From an uncultured delta proteobacterium (GTDB lineage Bacteria; Myxococcota_A; Polyangia; Fen-1088): a DNA stretch of 64,000 nt. Under the pieces are notes generated by a model. That model did not search any database. It was given only the letters and a program-made list of their open reading frames with translations, and was not told where the DNA came from. Both the position numbers and the translations under genes were made by a program. The first letter of the stretch is position 1; every line of letters begins with the position of its first letter. Of this stretch, positions 28,813 through 39,196 are shown one piece after another. The stretch lies in contig CAVTRY010000016.1 in NCBI GenBank assembly GCA_963737265.1, positions 320,001 to 384,000 of the forward strand, read 5' to 3'.

Positions 28813-30107
28813 GGGTGTCTACCTATGGCTAACACAAGTTCGATGCGGGCCGAAGTTCGTCGCATGTTGCTCGGGCGAACGGTACGCAAACCGGTCGCCA
28901 CTCGCCGTTCGACGCATGCGGCGAAGGGGCGCCAATCGCTCGAAAGCCCGAAATCCACGCTGACATCCATCTGAACCTCGGCACGGTGGGGGATACCGTT
29001 GCCGTCGATTTCGAGAAGCAGCGGCACGCGCAGGATGCGCGGTGCATCCGCGGGCAACTGCGCCATGCAGGGTTCGAGCAGCCGCGGGCGACTCTTCCAG
29101 GCGGCGTCGATGAGCGGCGCCGGCAACGGTCCGCGCGCATCCGCGGTGGCGCTCGCCACCACGGTACCATGGCGAAGGTGCGCAAGAGGCACGTCGGCGC
29201 CAGAGGCCGCCAAAGCCAACAGATGATCCTCGGCCCTTTTCCGCCAGCGCGACGCCGCGGCGCTGGAAACAAACTGTTTGAATGCGTCGAGCGCCCCCGG
29301 TGCATCACCCATCACCAGCAAAGCCAGGCCGCGGTAGTAGTCAACCTCGCCGCTCGGCAGGTGATCCATCCCAAGCGCCGCCCCACTCTCGGGCACGAGC
29401 GACGACAGCGAGGAATCCGTGGCCAGCGCCCGCCACATGATCCGGCGCGCCTCCCCGTCGCGGCCAGCGCGATCGCACGACACGGCTTGGCCGAACAGAG
29501 CGCGCGCCAAGATGGTCCACTCTTCCCGCGAGGCTGTCCTTTGGCCGAGGCGGGCAACAGCCTTGGCAAAGCTCGCTTCCGCCTCCGCGAGCCTCCCGAG
29601 CGCCATCAGCAGCTCCGCTCTGCGCACCAGCACCGCCGGCACGATCTGCGCGTCGCCAATTTCAAGCTGGCGGCCGTATTCGGCCAAGGCGTCCTCGTAC
29701 TGGCCGTCGACCGCTCGCGCGTCGGCCAAACGTCTGCCGCAGGGAAAGACCTCCCCGGGCCCGCGCGCCAGCGCGCAGGCGCGCTCGAACGCGGTGATGG
29801 CATCGGCGACGTGCCCCTCGCTCAAAATAACCTCGGCGAGCAGGAGGTGGGCGGCGAAATGGTCAGGTGCCAGCCCCACGGCCTGGCGTAGCCACCCCTC
29901 GACACGCACGAGGCGTTCCGCCCCGGAATTCGCGTCTGGCTGTGCCGGCCGCGCCAGCTCCACGCGCGCGCGTGCCAGCAGCTCCGCAACCGCGGTCGCG
30001 CCCCCGTCGACAGAAGCAGCCGCACCGGTTTCCGCGCGCGCGCCTGGCGTCGCACCCAGCAGGAACACCAACCAGCACCACGGCCCGGTGAAGAATCGTC
30101 GCCTCAT
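28809..30107 (-). CDS. Secreted TPR-repeat protein
   Basis: Signal peptide, several TPR-like helices, C-terminal domain possibly TonB-C/AgmX-like. Confidence 0.6.
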   Translation of the reverse strand: MRRRFFTGPWCWLVFLLGATPGARAETGAAASVDGGATAVAELLARARVELARPAQPDANSGAERLVRVEGWLRQAVGLAPDHFAAHLLLAEVILSEGHVADAITAFERACALARGPGEVFPCGRRLADARAVDGQYEDALAEYGRQLEIGDAQIVPAVLVRRAELLMALGRLAEAEASFAKAVARLGQRTASREEWTILARALFGQAVSCDRAGRDGEARRIMWRALATDSSLSSLVPESGAALGMDHLPSGEVDYYRGLALLVMGDAPGALDAFKQFVSSAAASRWRKRAEDHLLALAASGADVPLAHLRHGTVVASATADARGPLPAPLIDAAWKSRPRLLEPCMAQLPADAPRILRVPLLLEIDGNGIPHRAEVQMDVSVDFGLSSDWRPFAACVERRVATGLRTVRPSNMRRTSARIELVLAIGRHP

Positions 30108-30150
30108 GCCACACGCCCCGCCGTGCGAAATATCACGCGGTCAAACCCCG

Positions 30151-31170
30151 CTACGGCGCCGGCTTCACGTTCCACAGCATGAAAACGTGATCCTGGAAGT
30201 CGCGATCGTTGTCTTCATCGAAAGCCACGACGTACGCATCCTGCACCGGGGTCCGGCCACGGCTGCGCAAGGGATAGACCCGCGCCGCATGCTTTTCGGC
30301 GCCAAGGTTCAAGCTGTCGTCGGAATAGAGCGTCCGTTTGCCCACCTTGAGGTAGAGCCCAAAGGCCGCGTCGCCGGGATCGAAGCTGGTCTGGCTGTCA
30401 CCTTTCAGCTCCGGATTGAGCGTCTGCGGATGCCCCCGGTCCACGCCGCCGATGCCTTTCGCGACCGGCCTTCCGTCCTGGACGAGGTAGTAACCGAACG
30501 CAGAAGCCTCGTCGGCGGTGTAGCGGGCCACAAGGTAGTAGCCAACATTGCCGGGCTTGGCACGCTGGAAGAGAGGCGCCCTCACCTCGTCGCCCGCCAG
30601 CGCCGCGCCCTTCGGCAAGGCCAGCGCCGGGCTTCCGACATCGACCGCATATCCGAGTGCCTCCAGGATCTGCTGCAAGGATGGCTCGTCAGCTTGATCC
30701 TTTCCTCTCGTCACGAGCGCGGACAGATCGCAAGGCGGGCCGTCGTCATCCTCGGTGCGCACGACGCGCACGCGCGCGTGGTGAACGCCGGGCTCGGCGT
30801 CGACGGCCGGCTCGAAGCCAACGGAGAAGGTCAGCGACGCTCCCGGCCGAAGCACCGCCGGCAACAGCGGAGCGTCGACGATGCGAAAGGTCGTCGCGTG
30901 TGTCCCCACGACTCGCAAATCCGAGACTTGAACCATGTCGTTGCCCGCATTCTTGACCGAAACCGACTCGCTGGTCTTGGTCGCCCCACGCCGTCCCGAA
31001 AAAATCAGCTCGAGCGGCGTTACCTCGAGCGGCTCGCGCATCTTCTCCACGCGCGGCGCGGGCAGCGCGGCCTCGACCTTGGCCGGTGCCTGGGCCGGCA
31101 GTTTCGTGGCACAGCCGCAAACGACGAAAACCAAGAGCAATTCTGTGCATCGTGATAACCGAAATCGCAT
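30151..31170 (-). CDS. Lipoprotein with an Ig-like (ASH/choice-of-anchor D-like) domain
   Basis: Lipobox VCGC; VSVKNAG...LRPGAS...VGFEP; C-terminal DEDNDRDFQDHVF. Confidence 0.65.
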   Translation of the reverse strand: MRFRLSRCTELLLVFVVCGCATKLPAQAPAKVEAALPAPRVEKMREPLEVTPLELIFSGRRGATKTSESVSVKNAGNDMVQVSDLRVVGTHATTFRIVDAPLLPAVLRPGASLTFSVGFEPAVDAEPGVHHARVRVVRTEDDDGPPCDLSALVTRGKDQADEPSLQQILEALGYAVDVGSPALALPKGAALAGDEVRAPLFQRAKPGNVGYYLVARYTADEASAFGYYLVQDGRPVAKGIGGVDRGHPQTLNPELKGDSQTSFDPGDAAFGLYLKVGKRTLYSDDSLNLGAEKHAARVYPLRSRGRTPVQDAYVVAFDEDNDRDFQDHVFMLWNVKPAP

Positions 31171-31298
31171 GGGCTCGCCTTGCGACTAGGGTAAGGCCAG
31201 TCGCGACGAACGGCCAGAACAAGCTGACTGGCCTATGCGATAGCGGCCGATTTTGCACGCCACGCGCTGCTCACGCTGGCCATGCGCGCGGTGTCTCG

Positions 31299-32702
31299 CT
31301 AGTTATTCCCGTGCGGGAAGAAGCTGTCGTTGTACGAGAAGACGCCGCCAAAGCGGTCGAACGTAATGGCCCCGAACAAATTCACCGCAATTCCGAAAAT
31401 CACCATGATCTTGAAGAGCCAGGTGAATCTTCGGCCGCCCACGGCCAACAGCATGACCAAGAAGACGATGTAGTCGAGACTGAAGCGGTAACCGAACTGT
31501 AGAAAACCCGAGTTTTGATAAAGCAGCGCTGGAATCGCGGCGGCCAGAATGGACAGCCACAAGCCGCGGGAAAGCGGGCTGCGTTCGGCGGGCGCGACCG
31601 TGTACCCCAACGCGGGCGTCGTCACCAGCATCGACATGCCGTGCTCGCTAACTTTGACAAAGGGGTATTGGGTAAGAATGCGCGGCAAAAGCAGCAGCGC
31701 GCAGGTGAGGTTGCGCGACAGGAAGTGGTAGTTCATCAATCCCCAGCGCTGAATTCGGTCCTGCCAACCAATGTTGAGATACCTATGTCCAAATTCACTG
31801 AACTGCTCGAAGCGCAGGTAATTGTGGACCAGCAGCACCGTAAGCACGGCGCCCGATGGAACGGCGAAGCCAATGAGTTTGCCAACAAGCCCGGGAGGAA
31901 GCCCCTCGGCACGCAGTTTGCGCAGCCTCTCCCAGCCGCCAGTGGCGCGGACGGCTTCCAGAACGAAGAAGGGAAACACAAAGCCCAGCGGCGTTCGCGT
32001 GGCGTAGCCGAGCCCCATGCACAACCCAGCCAGCACGGGATGGGCGGCATCGAGGCTGGCCCAGGCATAGCCAATCGCGCAGGTCACGCCGACGACGTGA
32101 GCCGTGAACCACACCTGCCCAATGACCGACGAAAAATAGTAGACCGACCCCACGCCAAACATCACGGTCAACCACAGGTCGTCGCCGATGCCGCGTTTTG
32201 AGTAGCCGCGCTCTTTCAGCCGCCGCAGCAGCAAGAACAGCAGCACGGGATTGATGGCGGCCCAAATCACCGTGAACAGCACGTCGTTGAATTTTAGGTG
32301 CGCCACGGCCACGAACGGCAGCATCAGCACCGCGGGAAACGGTGGGAAGGAAACATAGCGAATATCCGAGCGCGAAGCGATTTGCTCGTTGTCGATGGTC
32401 AGAGATTTTCCGCGCAAGGGATAGAAACGGTCGGTGGGTCCGGTTTTGCCGAACATGCCCTTGAGCGTCCGCCCGTCCTTGAGGTGCAACACCTCGACGC
32501 GCGCCCAGTCGTTTTCGTTGGGCGGCGGAACCGGCATGTCCAAGCGCCCATGCAGCCAGCCTTCGGCGAGATACACGAAGTGATTGTAGAGCGAGTGCTG
32601 AAGCAAGCGCCCGCCCGAAGCGCCGAGATACGCGCCCAGGAAGACGACGTAGATCACAACCAGCCCCCAGCGGCTTGCGAATAGGCGTTCAAAACGGGTC
32701 AT
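31299..32702 (-). CDS. Polytopic membrane protein, probable GT-C glycosyltransferase
   Basis: Many TM helices; YVSFPPFPAVL, GQVWFTAH, ATR, QFGYRFSLD. Confidence 0.7.
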   Translation of the reverse strand: MTRFERLFASRWGLVVIYVVFLGAYLGASGGRLLQHSLYNHFVYLAEGWLHGRLDMPVPPPNENDWARVEVLHLKDGRTLKGMFGKTGPTDRFYPLRGKSLTIDNEQIASRSDIRYVSFPPFPAVLMLPFVAVAHLKFNDVLFTVIWAAINPVLLFLLLRRLKERGYSKRGIGDDLWLTVMFGVGSVYYFSSVIGQVWFTAHVVGVTCAIGYAWASLDAAHPVLAGLCMGLGYATRTPLGFVFPFFVLEAVRATGGWERLRKLRAEGLPPGLVGKLIGFAVPSGAVLTVLLVHNYLRFEQFSEFGHRYLNIGWQDRIQRWGLMNYHFLSRNLTCALLLLPRILTQYPFVKVSEHGMSMLVTTPALGYTVAPAERSPLSRGLWLSILAAAIPALLYQNSGFLQFGYRFSLDYIVFLVMLLAVGGRRFTWLFKIMVIFGIAVNLFGAITFDRFGGVFSYNDSFFPHGNN

Positions 32703-34552
32703 GGTTCAATGGTCTCCGAGGCAGGAAGGGGCGGAGGAAGGGGCAAAGGCACGGGTGTCTTGCGGCGCTCGTAGGCGACGACGAAGGGAACGCCCTCGTG
32801 GGTGTAAACTTTCGATGGTTGGGTCGTGCCGTAGGCTTCCCACGCCAGGCCTTCATACACAGTGAAGTGCTTTTCGAGAATCACGATTCCCAAATCCGAC
32901 TGCCCGACGACGGGTTCGCCCACGCCCACGTCTCCAATGCCGAGCGGCAGCCGGCCGTCGCGAGAATACATGACGAGGGCGTCGTGCATGACATCGTGCC
33001 AATAGATGCGGTTGGACGGCGGCCGATGCGCGACCAGCCAGGGCAAAATGGGCAGCACGGAATATCCCCAAAACTGCCGGTTCATGCCGATGCTGGCGCC
33101 GCCGGCAAATCCGCCGGCCAGGAGATTGTAGTGGCCCAGGCCATCCGGATGGGAACGCTGGGTTTCGGCCACGGCCGGGGCGCACAGGAGGCCAGCCATG
33201 GCAAAAGGCAGAACGCGGCGCAACCGCGCCGACAGAAACAACCCGGATACCAATTCAATAAGCCACGCGGCCCCAACGCCGGCCACCACGCACAGAAACG
33301 GCATGGCGGGAAGGAAGTGCTTCACACCGCCGAAAATCGGCGTGCTCGGCAGAGCCACCATCAAAATGGGGCCCGCGATGTGTATCGCCAGAAAAGCGCC
33401 CGGGGCGCGATCGACATCCGCACCCGGTCGCGTCCAAGAGGCCTTGGCAGCGGTTGCGGCTTCTTCGAGGAGCACACCGCCAACCTCTCCGCGACGGCGA
33501 CGTCGGCGAACGAACACCAGCGTGCCCGCCGCAGCGAGCACCATCGTGGTCACCGGCAAGGTGAAGGCGGTCGACACGAACGGGAAGGTGACGCGCAGAA
33601 GCTTGCGGCCGGGATCGGTGGGCGGCAGGTTCCAGTTGCGGCCGAGGTATTCGAAATTGTAGTGCTCGTGCTCCGTGTGCCGAAGCACCCAGCCGCGCGC
33701 GCGGTTTACGGGTGAATGCCAAAGCCACGGCCACAGCATGAAAAGCACGACCGGGCCGACGGTCGCCATCGACACGAAGGCAAGCGGAATGCGCGGCGGA
33801 CGGAGCCGACGAAAATCCCCTCGCCGCATCCACAGGTAGTGCGCCAGCAGAAAGATGGGGAATAGCCAGGCGTTGTGCTTGGTGGCAAGCGCCAGCCCCC
33901 AGAAGACGCCACAAAGAATTCCCCAGCGCGGTGAGCGCAGCGATTTCCAGTAAGCCAGCGCAACCAGAACGGCCATCACCGTGATGGGCACATCGAAGCA
34001 GGAGATTTGGGCGTGGAAGAAATAGTGCGGCTCGGCCACCGACAAAACGGCTGCGATGGCGGACGGAATGGGCCGCAGCACGCGGCGCGCGAGCCAGTAC
34101 ACGAGAGCGACGCCCAGCCCGGCGAGCAAGATGGCAGGAAAGCGGAAGGCGCTCGATTCACGGCGAAAGAGCGGCAGGGTCACGTGGCGGCCGGTGATGG
34201 GAATGGGATGCAATCCGCGCTTGGCCGACATGCAGTCGCAGGTGTGGAACAGCCGCCACGAGACGCCGAACAAAACTTTCATCAACGGCGGGTGCTCGTG
34301 ATTGTCGTCCCAAGCGCCGTCGACGGCGGCGCGGGTAAAGGAACGTCCCACGTGTCCCAAGCGCAGGTTGTTCCACACCGATTCAATCCAGCCCCAGTAG
34401 CGTTCGCCCGCGCGAAAATATTGGGATTCGTCGCGCCCGATGCCCTGCCGGCCCTCGACAGCCAGCAACCACGACGAAGCTGCGGCCGCCAGCACGAGCG
34501 GCAGAAGCCATTCGCGCCGCCAACGCGACGGACGTGCCGCCGCCGAGTCCAT
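32699..34552 (-). CDS. GT39/ArnT-like (PMT-family) glycosyltransferase
   Basis: RDESQY after TM1, EHPPLMK, AFRFP, FDVP, GLALATKH, KHFLP; alternative GTG start at 34564. Confidence 0.82.
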   Translation of the reverse strand: MDSAAARPSRWRREWLLPLVLAAAASSWLLAVEGRQGIGRDESQYFRAGERYWGWIESVWNNLRLGHVGRSFTRAAVDGAWDDNHEHPPLMKVLFGVSWRLFHTCDCMSAKRGLHPIPITGRHVTLPLFRRESSAFRFPAILLAGLGVALVYWLARRVLRPIPSAIAAVLSVAEPHYFFHAQISCFDVPITVMAVLVALAYWKSLRSPRWGILCGVFWGLALATKHNAWLFPIFLLAHYLWMRRGDFRRLRPPRIPLAFVSMATVGPVVLFMLWPWLWHSPVNRARGWVLRHTEHEHYNFEYLGRNWNLPPTDPGRKLLRVTFPFVSTAFTLPVTTMVLAAAGTLVFVRRRRRRGEVGGVLLEEAATAAKASWTRPGADVDRAPGAFLAIHIAGPILMVALPSTPIFGGVKHFLPAMPFLCVVAGVGAAWLIELVSGLFLSARLRRVLPFAMAGLLCAPAVAETQRSHPDGLGHYNLLAGGFAGGASIGMNRQFWGYSVLPILPWLVAHRPPSNRIYWHDVMHDALVMYSRDGRLPLGIGDVGVGEPVVGQSDLGIVILEKHFTVYEGLAWEAYGTTQPSKVYTHEGVPFVVAYERRKTPVPLPLPPPLPASETIEP

Positions 34553-34560
34553 GTCGCCGT

Positions 34561-35445
34561 TCACGGGTTGCGCGCCTCCGCGGCGAACGCGAGGTGGCGC
34601 GCGTGGGCCTTGTCGACCGTGATCTCGAAGCGAACATCGGCAGTCTTGCCAGCCAGGGCGGCGGTGTCGAGTCGGCGCAGGGTCCACCCGCTGGCGCTGG
34701 TGGCCTCGACGGCGCCGAGGTCGCGACCATCGACGAGCACGCGCAAGCGCACCTTGCCATCGCCCGACTTGCGCAGCCACACGTTGTGCAGACCCGCGGC
34801 CACCGCGAGCTCGCGCCCGAGCGGAACCCGCGCATAGTCGATCGCGAGGGTCGCATGCTCCCGCGGCTCGCCCCCAAGGGCGTTGCGCAAGGTCGTGTCG
34901 ACCTCCAATAGCGCTGGTTTCACCATTGCTCCATTCGCGCACTGAAAGCGGTCGAGGACAAGGGCACAGGACGATTCTCCGCCATCCGCCGATACGACCG
35001 ACATGGTGGCCTTGCGCCATTCGGCCAAAAAGTCGAACGTCACCGTCGCCGACTTCTTCTCCCACAGTTTGATCGTAAGCGCGCCATGCCGAGAGCTTGT
35101 GGCGACCGACGCACCGGCGGCGTCCTGCGCGCGCGCGCCGCGCTGGGAGATCTCCCAGATGCGGCCAAAGCGGGCGACGTCCATACGGCCCGCTACCGGC
35201 ACTGGGATGAGGTCGCCCAAGTGGAGGCGCATCACCGGATCGGCCCAGGCGGGCGCCGCGACGATGAGATCGCCGGGACGAAAGCCAGCGCGCACCTCGG
35301 CCGCCGCCGCGACCCAATCCTTGTCGGTAGGCGCGCGATACGGCGCCACCACGGCATTCACCGTCTCGACCAGCGCGAACATGACGACGACAGCGGCGGC
35401 GACGAGGGAAATTCGTTGCCGCCGCAGAAAATCACGGTCGATCAA
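34561..35445 (-). CDS. Hypothetical membrane-anchored protein in the GT-C operon
   Basis: TM helix, DWVAAAAEVRAGFRPGDLIV, C-terminal beta domain; start uncertain. Confidence 0.6.
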   Translation of the reverse strand: MIDRDFLRRQRISLVAAAVVVMFALVETVNAVVAPYRAPTDKDWVAAAAEVRAGFRPGDLIVAAPAWADPVMRLHLGDLIPVPVAGRMDVARFGRIWEISQRGARAQDAAGASVATSSRHGALTIKLWEKKSATVTFDFLAEWRKATMSVVSADGGESSCALVLDRFQCANGAMVKPALLEVDTTLRNALGGEPREHATLAIDYARVPLGRELAVAAGLHNVWLRKSGDGKVRLRVLVDGRDLGAVEATSASGWTLRRLDTAALAGKTADVRFEITVDKAHARHLAFAAEARNP

Positions 35446-35549
35446 ATGGGCGGGAAACACAGGCCCGGCAGCGTACCCCAAGTCGACCCAGCGAGGCGAG
35501 CCAGTTTGCTCTAGCCAAGACAAGAGGAACGTCGACGCACGGGGCACTC

Positions 35550-36476
35550 CTACTCCACCGACGTGCACCAGGCGCGGTACTTGGCCACTCGGCCGCGAAC
35601 GACATCGAAGAAAAGGTCGCGCACCTTCTTCGTCAGCGGGCCGATTTGTCCGCCGCCCACGGGACGGTGATCGATGCGCGACACCGCGGTGATCTGCGCC
35701 GCCGTGCCAGTCAGAAAGACCTCGTCGGCCACGAACAATTCGCCGCGCTCGATGGGACGTTCCTCGACCGCCGCATCGAGCTCGTCGCGCAGCAGGGTGA
35801 TGAGCGACCGCCGCGTGATGCCTTCGAGCACGCTCTGGTTGAGCGAGGGCGTGGCCACCACGCCGCGCCTGACGATGAAGATATTCTCGCCCGATCCTTC
35901 GCTGACGTAGCCGTCGTGATTGAGCAGCAGCGCCTCGTCGAAACCGGCCAACTCGGCGTCGCTTTTGGCAAAGGCGCTGTTGGCGTAGCTGCCGGTGATC
36001 TTGCCGCGCGCCGGAATCACGTTGTCCTCGGGCCGCCGCCACGACGAAACCGTGCAGTGGGCGCCGTCGGCCTTGTCGATGTAAAGACCGAACGGAACGG
36101 CGACGATGCCGAGGCACGGCGTCAGACCGTGCAAACGCACGCCTATAACCTCGTCGCTGTAGAAGGCGAGCGGCCGAATGTAGCAATCATCTTTCAGGCC
36201 CTCGGCACGCAGCAAATCGAGAATGGCCCGCGCCGTTGCTTCTTCAGAGAGGGCCAGCGTCATGCGCAGAAGTCGCGTCGATTCGTGCAGCCGGCGCACA
36301 TGGTCGCCAAGACGAAAGACCAGCAGCCTACCTTCATCTCCGTTCCAATAACCGCGAATCCCGGCGAAGACGCCGGTGCCGTAGTTGAGGGCGTGGGTGA
36401 GCAGTCCGACCTGCGCCTCGGCGTAGGGAACGATGCGATCCTTGAAAAACGCCATGCGGGGAAGCTTGGTTGCCAC
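35550..36476 (-). CDS. ilvE: Branched-chain amino acid aminotransferase
   Basis: HALNYGTGVFAGIR, YIRP, GKITGSY, EGSGENIF, LEGITR, EVFLTGTAA; RBS AGGAGG. Confidence 0.93.
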   Translation of the reverse strand: MATKLPRMAFFKDRIVPYAEAQVGLLTHALNYGTGVFAGIRGYWNGDEGRLLVFRLGDHVRRLHESTRLLRMTLALSEEATARAILDLLRAEGLKDDCYIRPLAFYSDEVIGVRLHGLTPCLGIVAVPFGLYIDKADGAHCTVSSWRRPEDNVIPARGKITGSYANSAFAKSDAELAGFDEALLLNHDGYVSEGSGENIFIVRRGVVATPSLNQSVLEGITRRSLITLLRDELDAAVEERPIERGELFVADEVFLTGTAAQITAVSRIDHRPVGGGQIGPLTKKVRDLFFDVVRGRVAKYRAWCTSVE

Positions 36477-36490
36477 GGCAATCCTCCTTC

Positions 36491-36589
36491 AGTCCACTTT
36501 TAAGTCCAATTTGCATCCACTGTACAAACAGGCTTGAAAATGAGCCCACAGCGACCCAGATTCAAGAACCACTTGACCGGAAGTGGACT
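36491..36589. promoter_or_regulatory. Putative MocR operator repeats in the divergent promoter
   Basis: AGTCCAC, AGTCCAA, CATCCAC direct repeats and an inverted AAGTGGACT at 36581-36589. Confidence 0.5.
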
Positions 36590-36602
36590 TAGCGGAGACG
36601 CC

Positions 36603-38066
36603 GTGGACCCCATCGCCAACCTTACCGCAACCCTCGGCACCTTTTCTCGCGGGGACGGGCCGCTCTATCAACAATTGGCTCAGGCCATCACCCTCGCCGT
36701 CGAGCGCAGCGACATTCTCCCCGGCACGCGGCTGCCGCCCGAACGCTCGCTCGCCGATGCGCTCAAGCTGAGTCGTACCACCGTCGTGCAGGCCTACGCG
36801 CGCCTGCGCGAGGCGGGCACGATCGAGAGCCGGCACGGCAGCGGAACCTGGGTGCGGCGCGCGGGCAAGACTGCCTGGCCGAGTCCGCAGGAGCACGAGG
36901 TCTCGTCCGCCTTCCGCCGCAACGTGGTGTTTCGTAGTTTGATCGAACGCTCGGATGACACCATCGGATTCGTCAGCGCCCAACTTCCGCCCCTGCCCGA
37001 AGTAAATGCAGCGGCCAAGGAAGTGGCTCGCCAGGGGGCCAAAAATCCCGGCGACAGTGAAGGCTACATCCCCATGGGATTGCCCGCCCTGCGCCAGGCC
37101 GTGGCCGTCCATCTCGGCCAGACTGGCCTGCCCACCCGCGCGGAGCAGGTTCTCATCACGAACGGCGCCCAGCAGGCCATCAGCCTGGTCGCCGGATTGC
37201 TGGTGGCGCGCGGCGAGTCCGTGATCACCGAGGATCCGACCTACATCGGTGCCATCGACGTGCTGGTTTCGGCCGGCGCGCGCGTGCTGACCCTGCCGGG
37301 CGCGGCGGATGGAATCGATCTCGATCGCCTGCGCGCGCTGCTGGCCGTGCGCCCACGCTTGCTTTACGTCGTGCCGACCTTCCACAATCCCACGGGCGCG
37401 CTCATGCCCGACCACACGCGCCGCGAAATCGCTCGCATGAGCGAAGAATTGCAAGTACCCGTCGTCGAAGACAACACCCTGGCGGGGATTTCTCTCGGGC
37501 GAAGTCCGCCGCCGCCGATCGCTGCCTTTGCCAAAAACGCTCCCATCCTGACCATCGGCTCGCTCAGCAAGGTTTTCTGGGCCGGACTGCGCGTGGGCTT
37601 CATCCGCGGCCCCGAGACCTGGATCGCGCGCCTCGGCCGATTCAAAGCGCTTTCCGACCTTGGCAGTCCGCTTTTCACCCAGGCCATGGCCGTGCTACTG
37701 CTCGAACACATGCCAGCGGCGGAAACAGATCGCCGCCGCGAGGTGAGCGCAAAGCTGGAACTGCAAACTCGCCTGCTCGCGAAGCACGTGCCTGCGTGGA
37801 CCTGGAAGAAGCCGGCGGGCGGCTTGCTACTATGGGCGCGCATGCCGGTTGGCGATGCTGATGAGCTTGCCGAGATCGCCCAGCGCCACGGCGTGACGCT
37901 GGTACCCGGTTCGGCCAACTCGCCCGATCACCGTTTCGCCGACTGCGTCCGACTGCCACTTGTCGCCGACGCCGCTACCATGAAAGAAGGCATCGCCCGC
38001 TTGGGCAGGGCTTGCCGAGAATATCAGCCGCGACCACGGACCGCGGGCTTCGAGGTGGTCGTGTAA
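36603..38066 (+). CDS. MocR/GabR-family regulator (GntR HTH plus PLP aminotransferase domain)
   Basis: PLYQQL, LPPERSLA, SRTTV, GSGTWV; ITNGAQQA, PTFHNPTG, GSLSK, GLRVG. Confidence 0.93.
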   Translation: MDPIANLTATLGTFSRGDGPLYQQLAQAITLAVERSDILPGTRLPPERSLADALKLSRTTVVQAYARLREAGTIESRHGSGTWVRRAGKTAWPSPQEHEVSSAFRRNVVFRSLIERSDDTIGFVSAQLPPLPEVNAAAKEVARQGAKNPGDSEGYIPMGLPALRQAVAVHLGQTGLPTRAEQVLITNGAQQAISLVAGLLVARGESVITEDPTYIGAIDVLVSAGARVLTLPGAADGIDLDRLRALLAVRPRLLYVVPTFHNPTGALMPDHTRREIARMSEELQVPVVEDNTLAGISLGRSPPPPIAAFAKNAPILTIGSLSKVFWAGLRVGFIRGPETWIARLGRFKALSDLGSPLFTQAMAVLLLEHMPAAETDRRREVSAKLELQTRLLAKHVPAWTWKKPAGGLLLWARMPVGDADELAEIAQRHGVTLVPGSANSPDHRFADCVRLPLVADAATMKEGIARLGRACREYQPRPRTAGFEVVV

Positions 38067-38109
38067 CGGACGAGCTTTGTGACGGCTTCCTTTGCCGGCA
38101 GTTCGCCGG

Positions 38110-39147
38110 TCATCGCGCTCGCCGCACTGGCTGCCACTCTTTAGCCGGCGCAACTGTCCGGTTTTCTTTGCGGAACGCGCTGTAGCGAAGGATGTCGCTG
38201 GCTAGACGAGGAATTTCCCGGCTGCCGTTGCCCTTCAGCCTTTCTTTCACGTGTCCAAGGCTGTTGGCGAGCAGGAAGGCAGCGTCCACCGCCATGGCGT
38301 AAAGCAGCCCGTGGTTCTTGGCGAAATACCGTCGCCGCGACTCGAACCAGTAGGCAGGCAATCTCTTGGGTTCTCTTTGCTCGCCCGTCACGCCCGTGCT
38401 CTGCCCGGCAATATGCATGACCCTGCTTTCTGGAACGTACCAGATGGCCCAGCCGGCGGCTTTGATTTTTCGGCAGAAGTCGGTTTCCTCGAAATAGAGA
38501 AAGTAGTTCTCGTCCATGCCGCCAAGGTCTTCGACGACCTTGCGCCGAAGCATCATGGAGGCGCCGGGGAACCAATCCACTTGTTCGCAAACGCTGCCCA
38601 TGGGCCTCGTCACGATGTGGTTGCGCAAAAGACGGCTCACCACGCCCAAACGCAGCCCGTGGTCGACCTCGCTTAGCAAACTAGGATAGCGAAAAGCGAA
38701 CGGCCAAGGCTGCCGGTTCTCATCTTCCAGGCTGCTGCCGACAATCCCGGCATCGGGATGCTGGTCGAGAAAGCGCACCAGCGCACCGATGGCGCCAGCA
38801 CGCACCTCGGTGTCGGGATTGAGCAGAAAGAAGTAGTCGGGCACATCGGTAGACTCGAAGCCGTGGCGAAAACCGAGGTTGTTGCCATAAGCGAATCCGC
38901 CGTTCCTCGGCGCCGCGACGACGGTCACCCAGTCCTGCCACGCGAGCTCCGTCACGGCGCTTTGGATGGGCTCCGCATCCCCCGATGCATTGTCGATCAC
39001 CACCACCCGCAACGAGACGTTGTGCGATGCCTCGGCGTCCCGCTCGTTGGCCAACGTTGCGAGCAGCTTCTTCACCAAGGTCGAGGTCTTGTAGGTGACG
39101 ATCACCGCCAATACGGTCCGCGCGGGGTCGTTTGGCTTTTCATTCAT
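38110..39147 (-). CDS. Glycosyltransferase family 2 (WbbL/rhamnosyltransferase-like)
   Basis: VIVTY, IDNAS, NGGFAYGNN, LLNPD, MDENYFLYFEETD, HIAGQS. Confidence 0.92.
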   Translation of the reverse strand: MNEKPNDPARTVLAVIVTYKTSTLVKKLLATLANERDAEASHNVSLRVVVIDNASGDAEPIQSAVTELAWQDWVTVVAAPRNGGFAYGNNLGFRHGFESTDVPDYFFLLNPDTEVRAGAIGALVRFLDQHPDAGIVGSSLEDENRQPWPFAFRYPSLLSEVDHGLRLGVVSRLLRNHIVTRPMGSVCEQVDWFPGASMMLRRKVVEDLGGMDENYFLYFEETDFCRKIKAAGWAIWYVPESRVMHIAGQSTGVTGEQREPKRLPAYWFESRRRYFAKNHGLLYAMAVDAAFLLANSLGHVKERLKGNGSREIPRLASDILRYSAFRKENRTVAPAKEWQPVRRAR

Positions 39148-39196
39148 CGGAGTCGGGGACCTCTCTTTGCCCACGCTAGCGCCGAGGGTTTCCAAT

